Source: Saccharofermentans sp. | GTDB lineage: Bacteria; Bacillota; Clostridia; Saccharofermentanales; Saccharofermentanaceae | Length of the DNA: 64,000 nucleotides | Reading direction: 5' to 3' | Assembly: GCA_024403695.1 (NCBI GenBank) | Contig: JAKSRI010000006.1 | Coordinates: forward strand, 5,488-69,487 | Shown: piece after piece, positions 55,144 to 64,000 of the stretch | Layout: each line of letters opens with the position of its first letter | How positions within the stretch are numbered: the first letter of the stretch is position 1 | The notes under the pieces: generated by a model | What the model was told of the DNA's origin: nothing | Database searches by the model: none | What the model saw: the letters and a program-made list of their open reading frames with translations, nothing else | Made by a program: the position numbers and the translations under genes

Positions 55144-56019
55144 TTAATCTAAATTCACCCACATAACGGCTCTGATACCATACATGCAATTAGCAGAATC
55201 TCCATCACTATTAAGTTCGCCGGCAGAATCAACATATTGTACTGTATTACCTAAAACACCTTCATTATTTACCCACCATCTACAGCCACCATCGCCAGAA
55301 TGATGACGAGCAAATCTTTCTTCTGCAGAAGCAAAAAAGCTGTAAACATCATCAGAACTTGGAATATATAGGTTATCATTACAACCACTGTCCTTTGAAG
55401 ATACTATTCTTGCCTTCTCCTCGCCACTAAAGGCAATATTATAAAAATCATTATTAAGCCATACTCTTAAATCACAGTATTCCCATGATGAATAGTTTCC
55501 ATTAGTATTATAAGGATGGCCGTCAACAAGTTTCATTGTTACAACCTTCCTGGAAGCACCTGAAGACTCTACAACACGCCATTCTACTGGTTTGTCATTA
55601 TATGAACCAAAATAAAAAGTATCGCCAACATTCACAGTCTTAATATAGTCAGAATTACTCATAATTTTTTCAATGTATTCTGCACTGTCATGTAATCTTG
55701 GGTAAGCTCGGAAAGCCTCAAGTGCTTCATGATAATTACCGTTTTCATAGTCTTTCTCTGCTTGGCTATACATAGCTTCAATCTTCTCGTTATTACACTT
55801 TACAACCATCTGCTGACTGTCTTTGTAATCATACAACTCGTCGAAAAGAACAATAGCCTCGTCATACCTGCCCTCTTCTCTAAGCTTCATTGCCTTATTG
55901 TACTTGGTTATAAGCAAAATGGTATTGGCAAGAATAATGCCAGCCACAATCACTATAACCACACCTGCGATAATTAATCTCTTTTTTAACTTTCCTGCTG
56001 AGTTTTTACTTTCGTTCAT
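55144..56019 (-). CDS. Membrane-anchored TPR-like + DUF6273 domain protein
   Basis: N-terminal TM, two G.Y.EA...F..(Y/L).DS helical repeats, VGDTFYFGSY..VEWRV..W..CDLRVWLNNDFY..AFS.EE, WW, GIRAVMWV. Confidence 0.7.
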   Translation of the reverse strand: MNESKNSAGKLKKRLIIAGVVIVIVAGIILANTILLITKYNKAMKLREEGRYDEAIVLFDELYDYKDSQQMVVKCNNEKIEAMYSQAEKDYENGNYHEALEAFRAYPRLHDSAEYIEKIMSNSDYIKTVNVGDTFYFGSYNDKPVEWRVVESSGASRKVVTMKLVDGHPYNTNGNYSSWEYCDLRVWLNNDFYNIAFSGEEKARIVSSKDSGCNDNLYIPSSDDVYSFFASAEERFARHHSGDGGCRWWVNNEGVLGNTVQYVDSAGELNSDGDSANCMYGIRAVMWVNLD

Positions 56020-56169
56020 TGTCTTTCCTCCCCGAAATAAGCATTTGTTTTTTGCTTTTATACCTTATAGACACTGGAACTTTTGCTTAGGTTCATTCTT
56101 AACGAAATTTTTTTTAAAATCAAGTGACCTGTGGAGGCATCCAAGGCGATAAATGAGCTGCAACCAAGC

Positions 56170-56195
56170 AAAAAGCGAGGAAATTATCCCCGCTT
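56170..56195 (-). terminator. Terminator after the DUF711 gene
   Basis: Minus strand AAGCGGGG-7nt-CCTCGCTT-TTT. Confidence 0.75.
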
Positions 56196-56229
56196 CTAAA
56201 AAACAAAAAACATATAACTTAATCTTAGA

Positions 56230-57588
56230 TTAGTTTCTCATACTGTGAATTGGAGCTGGAATTCTACCACCACGATGGATGAAATCCGCACAGGACTTAG
56301 TATTAACAGGCATAATTGGTGCCATACCGAGGAGTCCACCGAACTCTACACTATCGCCTACACCCTTACCAGGAACAGGAATAAGACGAACTGCAGTTGT
56401 CTTGTTATTAAATGTTCCGAGAGCCATCTCATCAGCGATAATACCGGAAATTGTCTCAGCTGTAGTATCACCAGGAACTGCGATCATATCAAGACCTACA
56501 GAACATACGCATGTCATAGCCTCGAGCTTCTCGAGCTTAAGTCCACCAGACTGAGCAGCGGCGATCATACCCTCGTCCTCAGATACAGGGATAAATGCAC
56601 CAGAGAGACCACCAACGAAGGAAGAAGCCATTGTTCCACCCTTCTTAACTGCATCATTAAGCATTGCAAGAGCAGCAGTTGTACCCCATGTACCACACTC
56701 TTCAAGACCGAACTCCTCAAGGAGACGAGCAACAGAGTCACCTACTGCAGGAGTTGGAGCGAGAGACAAGTCGATGATTCCGAATGGAACACCAAGTCTC
56801 TGAGATGCTTCACGAGCAACAAGCTCACCAACACGAGTAATCTTAAATGCAGCGTTCTTAATAGTCTCAGCAACTACACCAAGGTCCTGACCCTTAACCT
56901 TCTCAAGGGCGTGCTTAACTACACCTGGACCAGAAATACCTACGTTAATAACACACTCTGGCTCGCCAACACCAAGGAAAGCACCCGCCATAAATGGGTT
57001 ATCCTCAGGAGCATTAGCAAATACTACAAGCTTTGCGCATCCAAGAGCATCTCTATCAGCTGTTCTCTCAGCTGTCTTCTTAATAATCACACCCATATCA
57101 CGAACAGCATCCATATTGATACCTGTTCTAGTAGAAGCGAGGTTAACAGAAGAACAAACAAAATCAGTTGTAGCGAGTGCCTCTGGAATAGAGTTAATAA
57201 GTACCAAATCGGAGTTTGTATAACCCTTATGTACCATGGCGGAGAAACCACCAACAAAGTTAACACCACAAGTCTTTGCAGCCTTATCAAGAGCAACTGC
57301 GAAAGGTGTGTAATCCTTAGCTCCACAAGCTGCTGCTACAATAGAAATAGGTGTAACAGAAATTCTCTTGTGAATAATAGGCACGTTATACTTCTTACTA
57401 ATCTGCTCACCAACCTCTACAAGGTTACCAGCATAACGGCAAATCTTATCGTAAATCTTCTGACAGGACTCCTCTACTGTAGCTGCTGCACAGTCCATAA
57501 GAGAAATACCCATTGTAATTGTTCTGATATCAAGATGCTGCTCATCGAACATCTTCATTGTCTCAAGAATCTCAAAATTATTAATCAT
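56230..57588 (-). CDS. UPF0210/DUF711 (PFL-like) family protein
   Basis: [57 protein letters not shown]. Confidence 0.93.
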   Translation of the reverse strand: MINNFEILETMKMFDEQHLDIRTITMGISLMDCAAATVEESCQKIYDKICRYAGNLVEVGEQISKKYNVPIIHKRISVTPISIVAAACGAKDYTPFAVALDKAAKTCGVNFVGGFSAMVHKGYTNSDLVLINSIPEALATTDFVCSSVNLASTRTGINMDAVRDMGVIIKKTAERTADRDALGCAKLVVFANAPEDNPFMAGAFLGVGEPECVINVGISGPGVVKHALEKVKGQDLGVVAETIKNAAFKITRVGELVAREASQRLGVPFGIIDLSLAPTPAVGDSVARLLEEFGLEECGTWGTTAALAMLNDAVKKGGTMASSFVGGLSGAFIPVSEDEGMIAAAQSGGLKLEKLEAMTCVCSVGLDMIAVPGDTTAETISGIIADEMALGTFNNKTTAVRLIPVPGKGVGDSVEFGGLLGMAPIMPVNTKSCADFIHRGGRIPAPIHSMRN

Positions 57589-57606
57589 GATACTAACCCC
57601 TAATTA

Positions 57607-57891
57607 TTAGATTCTATGCATTCTGTTGAAAAGCTCTGTATGCTGAATTGTAATCTTTACACCGAGCTCCTCTCCGAGAGCATCAAGCTTTTCCTTAATA
57701 TCAGAATTCTCGATCTGAACTTCCTGAAGATCAACAATCATGATCATTGTAAAGATGTCCTGAAGGATTGTCTGTGAAATATCATTAATATTGATGTTGT
57801 TCTCCATAAGGAGCTTGGAAACGCCAGCGATAATACCTACGCGGTCCTTTCCGATAACTGTTAAAACTGCAGTATTCTTACTCTCAGCCAT
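57607..57891 (-). CDS. ACT domain protein UPF0237
   Basis: TVIGKDRVGIIAGVS, NINDISQT, IFTMIM, FNRMHRI; typically paired with DUF711. Confidence 0.93.
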   Translation of the reverse strand: MAESKNTAVLTVIGKDRVGIIAGVSKLLMENNININDISQTILQDIFTMIMIVDLQEVQIENSDIKEKLDALGEELGVKITIQHTELFNRMHRI

Positions 57892-57932
57892 TTTTATATC
57901 TCCTATTCATATGAATTAAATTTTTTACTTGG

Positions 57933-59492
57933 TTATTTTAACATACTTTCAGCAATTCGATTTGCACATTTTATTCCGTCAATTGCGCTACTCATTATGC
58001 CTCCTGCATAACCCGCACCCTCACCAGAGAGGTATAGTCCAGTTGTGTTCACGCTTTCGTAAGTTTCGTTCACACGAAGAATACGCACAGGAGATGAACT
58101 TCTTGCCTCTACCGCAGTTAGAACACTATCCGGATTATCAAAGCCCTTAATCTTGCGTCCCATGTTACAAATACCATCCTTAAGTGTCTCCATGACAAAG
58201 GAAGGTAGCACATCCCCAAGGTCAGTTTCTTTGTAACCAGGTGTATATGTAGGAATAACGGCACCAACACTTGTAGTATTGCCCATAAGACTACCATAAG
58301 TACTAACAGGCGCACTATAATTTCTGCCACCGGCTACGAAAGCCTTGTGTTCCAGCTCTTCCTGGAACAAGATTCCGTCAAGAACACCCTCACCATAATC
58401 ACTAGAACTAACAGGAACAAGAAGCGCCGCGTTTGAATTACGTCCATCACGAGCGCGATAACTCATACCATTAGTGCAAATACTCTCAGGAGATGACGCA
58501 GCTGCGATAACTTCGCCACCAGGACACATGCAGAAAGTATAAAGTTTCTTACCAGTTATAGTGTCCACTGCCAGCTTATAGTTAGCGGCAAAAATATTCT
58601 TATAAAGACTTGTGTCAAAACCATACTGAGCCTTGTCGATCATTTCGCGTCTGTGCTCGATTCTGACGCCAACAGAAAATGGCTTAGACTCCATCGTAAT
58701 ACCTTTGGAGTAAAGCATTCTGACCGTATCACGGCTGCTGTGACCTATAGCGAGCAATAAGTGACTGCAAGGAAAATCGCCTCTGTTAGTCTTAATACCA
58801 GTAACTTTACCACCACTTATGACAACGTCTGTGAGGCTAGTGTCGAAATGCACTTCACCACCAAGACTTATAATCTCTTCTCGAATGCCTTTAACCACGT
58901 TAACAAGGTTATCTGTGCCCACATGTGGGTGGGAATCGTAAGCAATATCAGATGGTGCGCCATACTTGATCATGACATCACCAATAAAGCCTTTAAGTCC
59001 AGAAGAAACACCAGTATAGAGCTTTCCATCAGAGAAAGTACCGGCTCCGCCCTCACCAAACTGAATGTTAGAATCAGAATTAATCTCACCCTTGGTGCGA
59101 TATGTATTAACGTCCTGAGCGCGCTTATCAACGCTGCTTCCCTTCTCGATGATTATAGGTCTCAGGCCATATCTGCAAAGTACAAGTCCAGCATACATTC
59201 CAGCAGGACCAAAACCAACGATAATCGGTCTGTCTTCTGGATCAATTATACTTTTGCCCATAAGAGGTAAAGCATCTTCTATGTTTTTACGCTGAAGCTG
59301 TTCATATTCCTTATGACTATAAGTATCAACTCGGTAAATAATCTTGACGTTATCCTTACGTCTGGCATCGATAAAGCTCTTAGAAATAACCTGTATACCC
59401 TTATTCTTCTCTTTACACTTATGAAGTACCTGAGCTCTTATATCAGGGGCATTTCCGATTTGTTCTGGTCTGAAGGACACCTCAAAAGACAT
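57933..59492 (-). CDS. Uncharacterised FAD/NAD(P)-dependent oxidoreductase
   Basis: VGFGPAG, QFGEGGAGTFSDGKL, FCMCPGG, GEGAGYAGGIMSSAIDG. Confidence 0.9.
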   Translation of the reverse strand: MSFEVSFRPEQIGNAPDIRAQVLHKCKEKNKGIQVISKSFIDARRKDNVKIIYRVDTYSHKEYEQLQRKNIEDALPLMGKSIIDPEDRPIIVGFGPAGMYAGLVLCRYGLRPIIIEKGSSVDKRAQDVNTYRTKGEINSDSNIQFGEGGAGTFSDGKLYTGVSSGLKGFIGDVMIKYGAPSDIAYDSHPHVGTDNLVNVVKGIREEIISLGGEVHFDTSLTDVVISGGKVTGIKTNRGDFPCSHLLLAIGHSSRDTVRMLYSKGITMESKPFSVGVRIEHRREMIDKAQYGFDTSLYKNIFAANYKLAVDTITGKKLYTFCMCPGGEVIAAASSPESICTNGMSYRARDGRNSNAALLVPVSSSDYGEGVLDGILFQEELEHKAFVAGGRNYSAPVSTYGSLMGNTTSVGAVIPTYTPGYKETDLGDVLPSFVMETLKDGICNMGRKIKGFDNPDSVLTAVEARSSSPVRILRVNETYESVNTTGLYLSGEGAGYAGGIMSSAIDGIKCANRIAESMLK

Positions 59493-60706
59493 TAGCAGAT
59501 ACCTCCAGAGATAGCCTCAGCGGTTGCCATAGCAGATGACCACGCCCACTGAAGGTTATAACCGCCACATGGACCATCAACGTTTACTGCTTCACCGATG
59601 ACATATATTCCATCCACGAGCTTACATTCATCACTTAGGCTACTAAGATTCAGGCCACCAGAAGTAACCTGTGCATTATCAAAGCCCATAGAACCAGTAA
59701 TTGTGAATGTGAAGTTGTAAATATTTTCAGCAATTTTATCGATATCGTTACCTGATCTTCCAACGATTACTTCGCTTAATTCACGAGTGAAAAAGCCCAT
59801 GAGTATCTGAACCATACTACGATTTGGGAATGTAGTAACACGCTTAGCAATCAGATTCTTAATATCATCTTTGTTATTACCAGGAAGGAGATTGGCCTTC
59901 AGGGTAAGATTCTTCTTGCCTTCCAACACAGAGTTATTGTAATAACCACTTACGCAGAAAACACAAATGCCAGACACACCATAATCAGTAAACATCATCT
60001 CACCTGCAGATGATGCGATATTCTCATCTCTAGAACAAAGCGTTATTTCCGCCTGCACTCTGGTGCCAGCAAGTTTATGAGAATCTGTCTCCATTGTCTT
60101 AAGCTGAACAAGTGATGGCACGATCTGTGTAAAATCAGATTTCTTGGCATAGTTAAGAATTAGCTTATAGATATTACCGTCAGAACCTGTCTTAGGGGCA
60201 GCAGATCCACCTCCCGAGAAGACAATATTTCGTGCGCTGTAAGAAGCGTTTGCTGTAGTTACCTCGTACACATCACCCATCTTAGCAGTAGCTTTCACGC
60301 ACTCGTTAAGAGCAATATCTGCTTTATCAAGCGCTAACTTAAAGCTATCTACCACTGATGAACTCTTAAAAGAATTCGGATAAACAAGGTCATCCTTTAA
60401 CGCCAAGTGAAGTCCGAGACTGTTCTCGAAATAATCCATAGTATGTTTAACTGAGTACTTCTCCAGAATATTCTGAAGTCTCTCATAACTGTCTGTTGTA
60501 TAGTCCGTATAAACAATTGAAGTATTTGTAAGATTACATCTGCCATTACCTGTAATAAGAACTTTGGTGCCAATCTTAGTATTACGTTCCAGAATAAGAA
60601 CTTTGGCATCAGGTTTTAACGAAAGCAAATAGGAAGCGCACATCATACCAGATGCACCGCCTCCTATAATTATTACATCATAAAGCTTATTAGTATCTAG
60701 ACTCAT
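59492..60706 (-). CDS. HI0933/BaiN (YhiN) family flavoprotein
   Basis: IGGGASG, TGNGRCNLTN, GSDG, AQVTSGG, GPCGGYNLQWAWSS. Confidence 0.93.
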   Translation of the reverse strand: MSLDTNKLYDVIIIGGGASGMMCASYLLSLKPDAKVLILERNTKIGTKVLITGNGRCNLTNTSIVYTDYTTDSYERLQNILEKYSVKHTMDYFENSLGLHLALKDDLVYPNSFKSSSVVDSFKLALDKADIALNECVKATAKMGDVYEVTTANASYSARNIVFSGGGSAAPKTGSDGNIYKLILNYAKKSDFTQIVPSLVQLKTMETDSHKLAGTRVQAEITLCSRDENIASSAGEMMFTDYGVSGICVFCVSGYYNNSVLEGKKNLTLKANLLPGNNKDDIKNLIAKRVTTFPNRSMVQILMGFFTRELSEVIVGRSGNDIDKIAENIYNFTFTITGSMGFDNAQVTSGGLNLSSLSDECKLVDGIYVIGEAVNVDGPCGGYNLQWAWSSAMATAEAISGGIC

Positions 60707-61365
60707 GCTTCCTTCTTCGCATTAAGTAAGTCAAGACAACGTCTGAACTTACTCTTATCAAAAGGCTCACCATCAGTATTCTCTACAACAAACTGAGCCA
60801 TCTCCTTAAGGTCTACAACGTCACCTGCCTCAAGCTCGATCTCCAACTCACAGATAACTTCTTCTTTATCACCTGCATAAATTTTACCGTAATCGAAGCA
60901 AGCCTCCATCATGGAGTCACCAAAACCAAATGTATAAGTTGTTCTCTCAAAAACTGTAGAACACAAAGGCTTAATATCATCCTCTGTAATTCCTTCGAGA
61001 GCACCAGTTAAAAGCTCGATAGGGTCATCTGACTGACATGCCTTACGAATAAAGAGCTGTAAATCGAATTCCTTTTTATCAGAATCTACATTCCACTCAT
61101 ATCTTTGATGAAGGCCATTTACAACACCGCCGCCAAACTTAACAGTGTGCTCATATCTGTCTCCATCCTCTGTCTCATACTTTCTTACACGGATAGAAGC
61201 ACCTCTAGAAGATAACTTAAGATCCTCTGTGTCATAATATGTATTATCAAGATTAACAGACATCTTAGGAGATGTGTCTAAGCAATAATCCTTAAACCAT
61301 TCTTCCTCCACAATAGAGAAAAGTTGTTCTTTACTGGAGAATGCTATTTTGACTTCTGATTCCAT
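60703..61365 (-). CDS. CYTH domain protein (YgiF-like triphosphatase, no CHAD)
   Basis: ESEVK, NTYYDT, IRVRK, TVK, RYEWN, ELEIEL, SKFRR. Confidence 0.88.
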   Translation of the reverse strand: MESEVKIAFSSKEQLFSIVEEEWFKDYCLDTSPKMSVNLDNTYYDTEDLKLSSRGASIRVRKYETEDGDRYEHTVKFGGGVVNGLHQRYEWNVDSDKKEFDLQLFIRKACQSDDPIELLTGALEGITEDDIKPLCSTVFERTTYTFGFGDSMMEACFDYGKIYAGDKEEVICELEIELEAGDVVDLKEMAQFVVENTDGEPFDKSKFRRCLDLLNAKKEA

Positions 61366-61380
61366 TTTGTCCTTCCTTAA

Positions 61381-62535
61381 TTAATAATCAATTGTATGTA
61401 CGCCGCCGGTCGATACAACAGCTAATTTACCATTACCAATAAATCCAATTCTTAATATATCCTCATCGACAGATATATCAGAAATAACTGAACCTGAATC
61501 ATTAAATACGTAGATTCGCTTATCAATACTTAATGCATATAATCCATCAGCTTCTGCTACTGCATTAACTTCTGAACCTACTTCCGAATCATAAATAAGT
61601 GTTGCTGAACTGTCGATAACAGCAAGTTTATTAAGCTGATCCACACCATCAGCATATACGATAAAGAGCTTATCGCCAACAAGAGTAACGTGAACAATAG
61701 CACCAAACTCCTTATCAAGAGCTACAAGTTTCTCATTATTAAGCATATACACTTTGTTTGCAGAGAAAGTGAACAATGATTCACCTAGATACATTACGTT
61801 ACCAAAGACATCTGGTTCATCTATTGTATAAATAGCATAGTCAGATGTTGTAGTGAATCCATTTACCTCACCAATATTAAACACACGTACATATGGCTGA
61901 TATACAGCTCCTGATGTGTTTACTGTAGTTACAGCAAAACTAGAGTCATCCTTATTAAAGCCAACAGAGATAGGATAACCAGAGTTATATGATGTCCACT
62001 GTGAAATCTGATTTCCATCAGCATCAAAAATTATTATCTGACCATAAGCATCCTGAGCATCAGTAACAAGCGCACACATACCATTATCAGAAAGATATGC
62101 TGCTTTTACTTTGCCTGAAGTTGGCTTGGAATAAATTACCTTCTCATTATCTAGAACTGTAACACCATAACCATCTACATCAATAACAACAGCTCTCTCG
62201 TTCTTAATCATACATCTAGGATTGTTATAAGATACTGATGTACTGAATACCTCATTACCAGATGAAGTTAAGTAAGCAATACGGTCTGTAGTAACCTTAA
62301 GAACGCCATCGGAATAAATATAGAGTTTCTGTGCTTCAGCATACTCACATGTGAAACCACCCTGTGCAGACAATCTAATAACCTGATCTGCTCCCTGCAA
62401 AGCAGCCTGCTTACGTGAAACCAAAATTAACAGAACAACGCTAATAACAATCACTATCGCAAATGCAATAATGATTGTTACTAATTTCTTGTCTATATTT
62501 TTCTTGTTCTTTATCTTTTTACTATCACTTTCCAT
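61381..62535 (-). CDS. Membrane-anchored beta-propeller-like protein (DUF5711-like)
   Basis: Basic N-terminus, TM, repeated beta strands (..LTSSGNEVF.., ..FDADGNQI..). Confidence 0.65.
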   Translation of the reverse strand: MESDSKKIKNKKNIDKKLVTIIIAFAIVIVISVVLLILVSRKQAALQGADQVIRLSAQGGFTCEYAEAQKLYIYSDGVLKVTTDRIAYLTSSGNEVFSTSVSYNNPRCMIKNERAVVIDVDGYGVTVLDNEKVIYSKPTSGKVKAAYLSDNGMCALVTDAQDAYGQIIIFDADGNQISQWTSYNSGYPISVGFNKDDSSFAVTTVNTSGAVYQPYVRVFNIGEVNGFTTTSDYAIYTIDEPDVFGNVMYLGESLFTFSANKVYMLNNEKLVALDKEFGAIVHVTLVGDKLFIVYADGVDQLNKLAVIDSSATLIYDSEVGSEVNAVAEADGLYALSIDKRIYVFNDSGSVISDISVDEDILRIGFIGNGKLAVVSTGGVHTIDY

Positions 62536-64000
62536 TAGGCTGCAGCCTCATATGCTTCACAAAAATCCATAATATCAAAAGTGCCATTACTCTGCTTATC
62601 AATTGCATATCTAAGCAACTCATATGCAGGCCATACACCATAAGAATACGTATTATCTCTTCCATATGCAAATAATTCATCAGCATAAATATAGAAACAT
62701 GAATACTGATCGTTAACAACAACATAGTAACTGTTATTATCTCTTGGCACAAACTTATAAACAGTCTGATTATTATTGTTATTAATCATAGTAATTGTCA
62801 TAAAGACATTGTTAATATCTGGTGTTGCATCAAAATCTACACCACCAATAGCAATTGTAGCAACTGCCTCATAAAGAATAGCAGCATAAGTTCTGCTTCC
62901 ATCAGGAGTCTTAACAAGAGCATTTCTCATATTAAGCTCTGCCTTTGCATCTGGATCAGAAATAGCATTAGGCACGCTAAGAGTCAATGTCCACTCCTTA
63001 TCCTCAGCAGTACAATTAATCTCCTTAACCTCAGAAATAGGCTTATAGCAAATCCACTCACCGATAAGAGTCATAATTGGAGAATCAAAACCAGTTACCT
63101 GCTGATCACTTACCATAAAGTACTGATCAGTTGTACTACTCTTACCATAATACATACCCTTACTTACTACATCAGAGAACTGAATAGTTACCTGCTCACC
63201 TGAGTGCATTGTGAAAATGAATGTATATGCAGGGTCTTCGAGACCATACTGCTTAACTTCTTCATCAGTAAGGATTACGTACTTTGCTTCATTCAAAGAA
63301 ATAATACTATCGATCATATTAGAGTAAACATTACTAGAGTCTGTAACGAATGGGCTAACGATATTGTACTGAGCTGTATCATAACCTACAGCAGGTACAC
63401 AATTAGAAATCATATCCAGACCATCTGTCTTACGAATAAACTCAATATTATTGATTTCGCCATAATTAAGATTGAGAATCTTAGAATTTACAAAATCAAT
63501 CTCAGTATATCCACAGAAAGAATGCTTGATTGCAGCTACTGTATATACCTTATTGTCTCCTGACTTCATAAAATAAGCATAAGAACCGCTAGCTAATACA
63601 TTACCCATGAGAATCTGAGTAACATTACCTGAATAATCTGTGATCGTAATAGTATATTCGGCAGGATTAAGTCCATACTGAGCAAGATCAGTTGGATCCT
63701 CAGCAACTCTATCCTGGGAAGTAAATGTACAGAGGAAAGAAACATAGGAAGCAACTTTTTCCTGATCAAGCTCGAAGTCTTCCTCATTCTCCTTACCCAT
63801 CATTGACCAAATCTGAATATCATCAACATGCTCAGAGGAAAAAGCAATCTCATAATCTGTCTTATTATTATGAACCGTCAGAGTTTTTACATCATAACTA
63901 GCCATACTCAGTACAGCTTCATTTGAAGGAACTGATGTATTCTTATCTTTATTGTTAACTATGGCCCAAACCAATACTACGATAAGTAATACAACCATAA
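62535..64000 (-). CDS. DUF4340 domain protein (5' end probably outside the window)
   Basis: TM at the window edge; two DL..YGL.P..TI...G....I..G modules; open to the edge. Confidence 0.7.
   Translation of the reverse strand, partial: MVVLLIVVLVWAIVNNKDKNTSVPSNEAVLSMASYDVKTLTVHNNKTDYEIAFSSEHVDDIQIWSMMGKENEEDFELDQEKVASYVSFLCTFTSQDRVAEDPTDLAQYGLNPAEYTITITDYSGNVTQILMGNVLASGSYAYFMKSGDNKVYTVAAIKHSFCGYTEIDFVNSKILNLNYGEINNIEFIRKTDGLDMISNCVPAVGYDTAQYNIVSPFVTDSSNVYSNMIDSIISLNEAKYVILTDEEVKQYGLEDPAYTFIFTMHSGEQVTIQFSDVVSKGMYYGKSSTTDQYFMVSDQQVTGFDSPIMTLIGEWICYKPISEVKEINCTAEDKEWTLTLSVPNAISDPDAKAELNMRNALVKTPDGSRTYAAILYEAVATIAIGGVDFDATPDINNVFMTITMINNNNNQTVYKFVPRDNNSYYVVVNDQYSCFYIYADELFAYGRDNTYSYGVWPAYELLRYAIDKQSNGTFDIMDFCEAYEAAA

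Noticed and set aside
56113-56168. GC-rich 50-bp stretch in the AT-rich spacer upstream of the DUF6273 gene
   Set aside because: No convincing fold, repeat, riboswitch motif or reading frame could be assigned by eye. An Rfam or BLAST search would be needed.
56245-57603. Long antisense ORFs (452 aa here; also 5014-5949, 17837-19084, 19699-20733, 48951-49892, 1000-1629)
   Set aside because: They are in-register shadows of strongly codon-biased genes that avoid TTA, CTA and TCA. They have no SD and no recognisable motifs, and the translations are Ser/Leu/Cys-rich.
1-64000. CRISPR arrays, IS transposases, rRNA, tmRNA/SRP/RNase P RNA, recoded stop codons
   Set aside because: None was seen. All intergenic gaps are short and all recognisable genes are intact under the standard bacterial code.

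Overview
This is a compact, gene-dense chromosomal segment of an anaerobic Clostridia-type Firmicute. A rumen or gut Saccharofermentans-like lineage is inferred from gene content only. It is mostly housekeeping: amaP/asp23/efp, rbgA-rnhB, a partial pur cluster, nagA/cdaA/glmS/glmU-like, pckA, tRNA-Ile2 + tRNA-Tyr, asd, a Xer-type recombinase, mreC-mreD-pbp2, icd, holA, comEC, rqcH, polA-coaE, thyA-folA, and an ACT/DUF711/flavoprotein/CYTH operon. There is one accessory patch (about 33-42.6 kb) of surface proteins. No CRISPR array, transposase, prophage or rRNA was seen. The most notable observations are: (1) a 74-bp internally palindromic element present twice in inverted orientation (36178-36251, 38655-38728), each copy directly after a stop codon, flanking one of two modular Cys/His-repeat DUF4214 surface-protein genes; (2) a membrane-anchored PP2C-fold pseudophosphatase with an extracellular SH3-like domain; (3) a PurF whose glutaminase catalytic residues are gone; (4) a CdaA-YbbR(CdaR) fusion beside glmS with no glmM; (5) four genes with -10 boxes 6-7 nt before an SD-less ATG (leaderless-type); (6) three 10-bp-phased Spo0A-box-like repeats between comEC and a divergent gene; (7) a fused PlsA/PlsR-like plasmalogen synthase. 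All family assignments come from motif recognition, not database searches.
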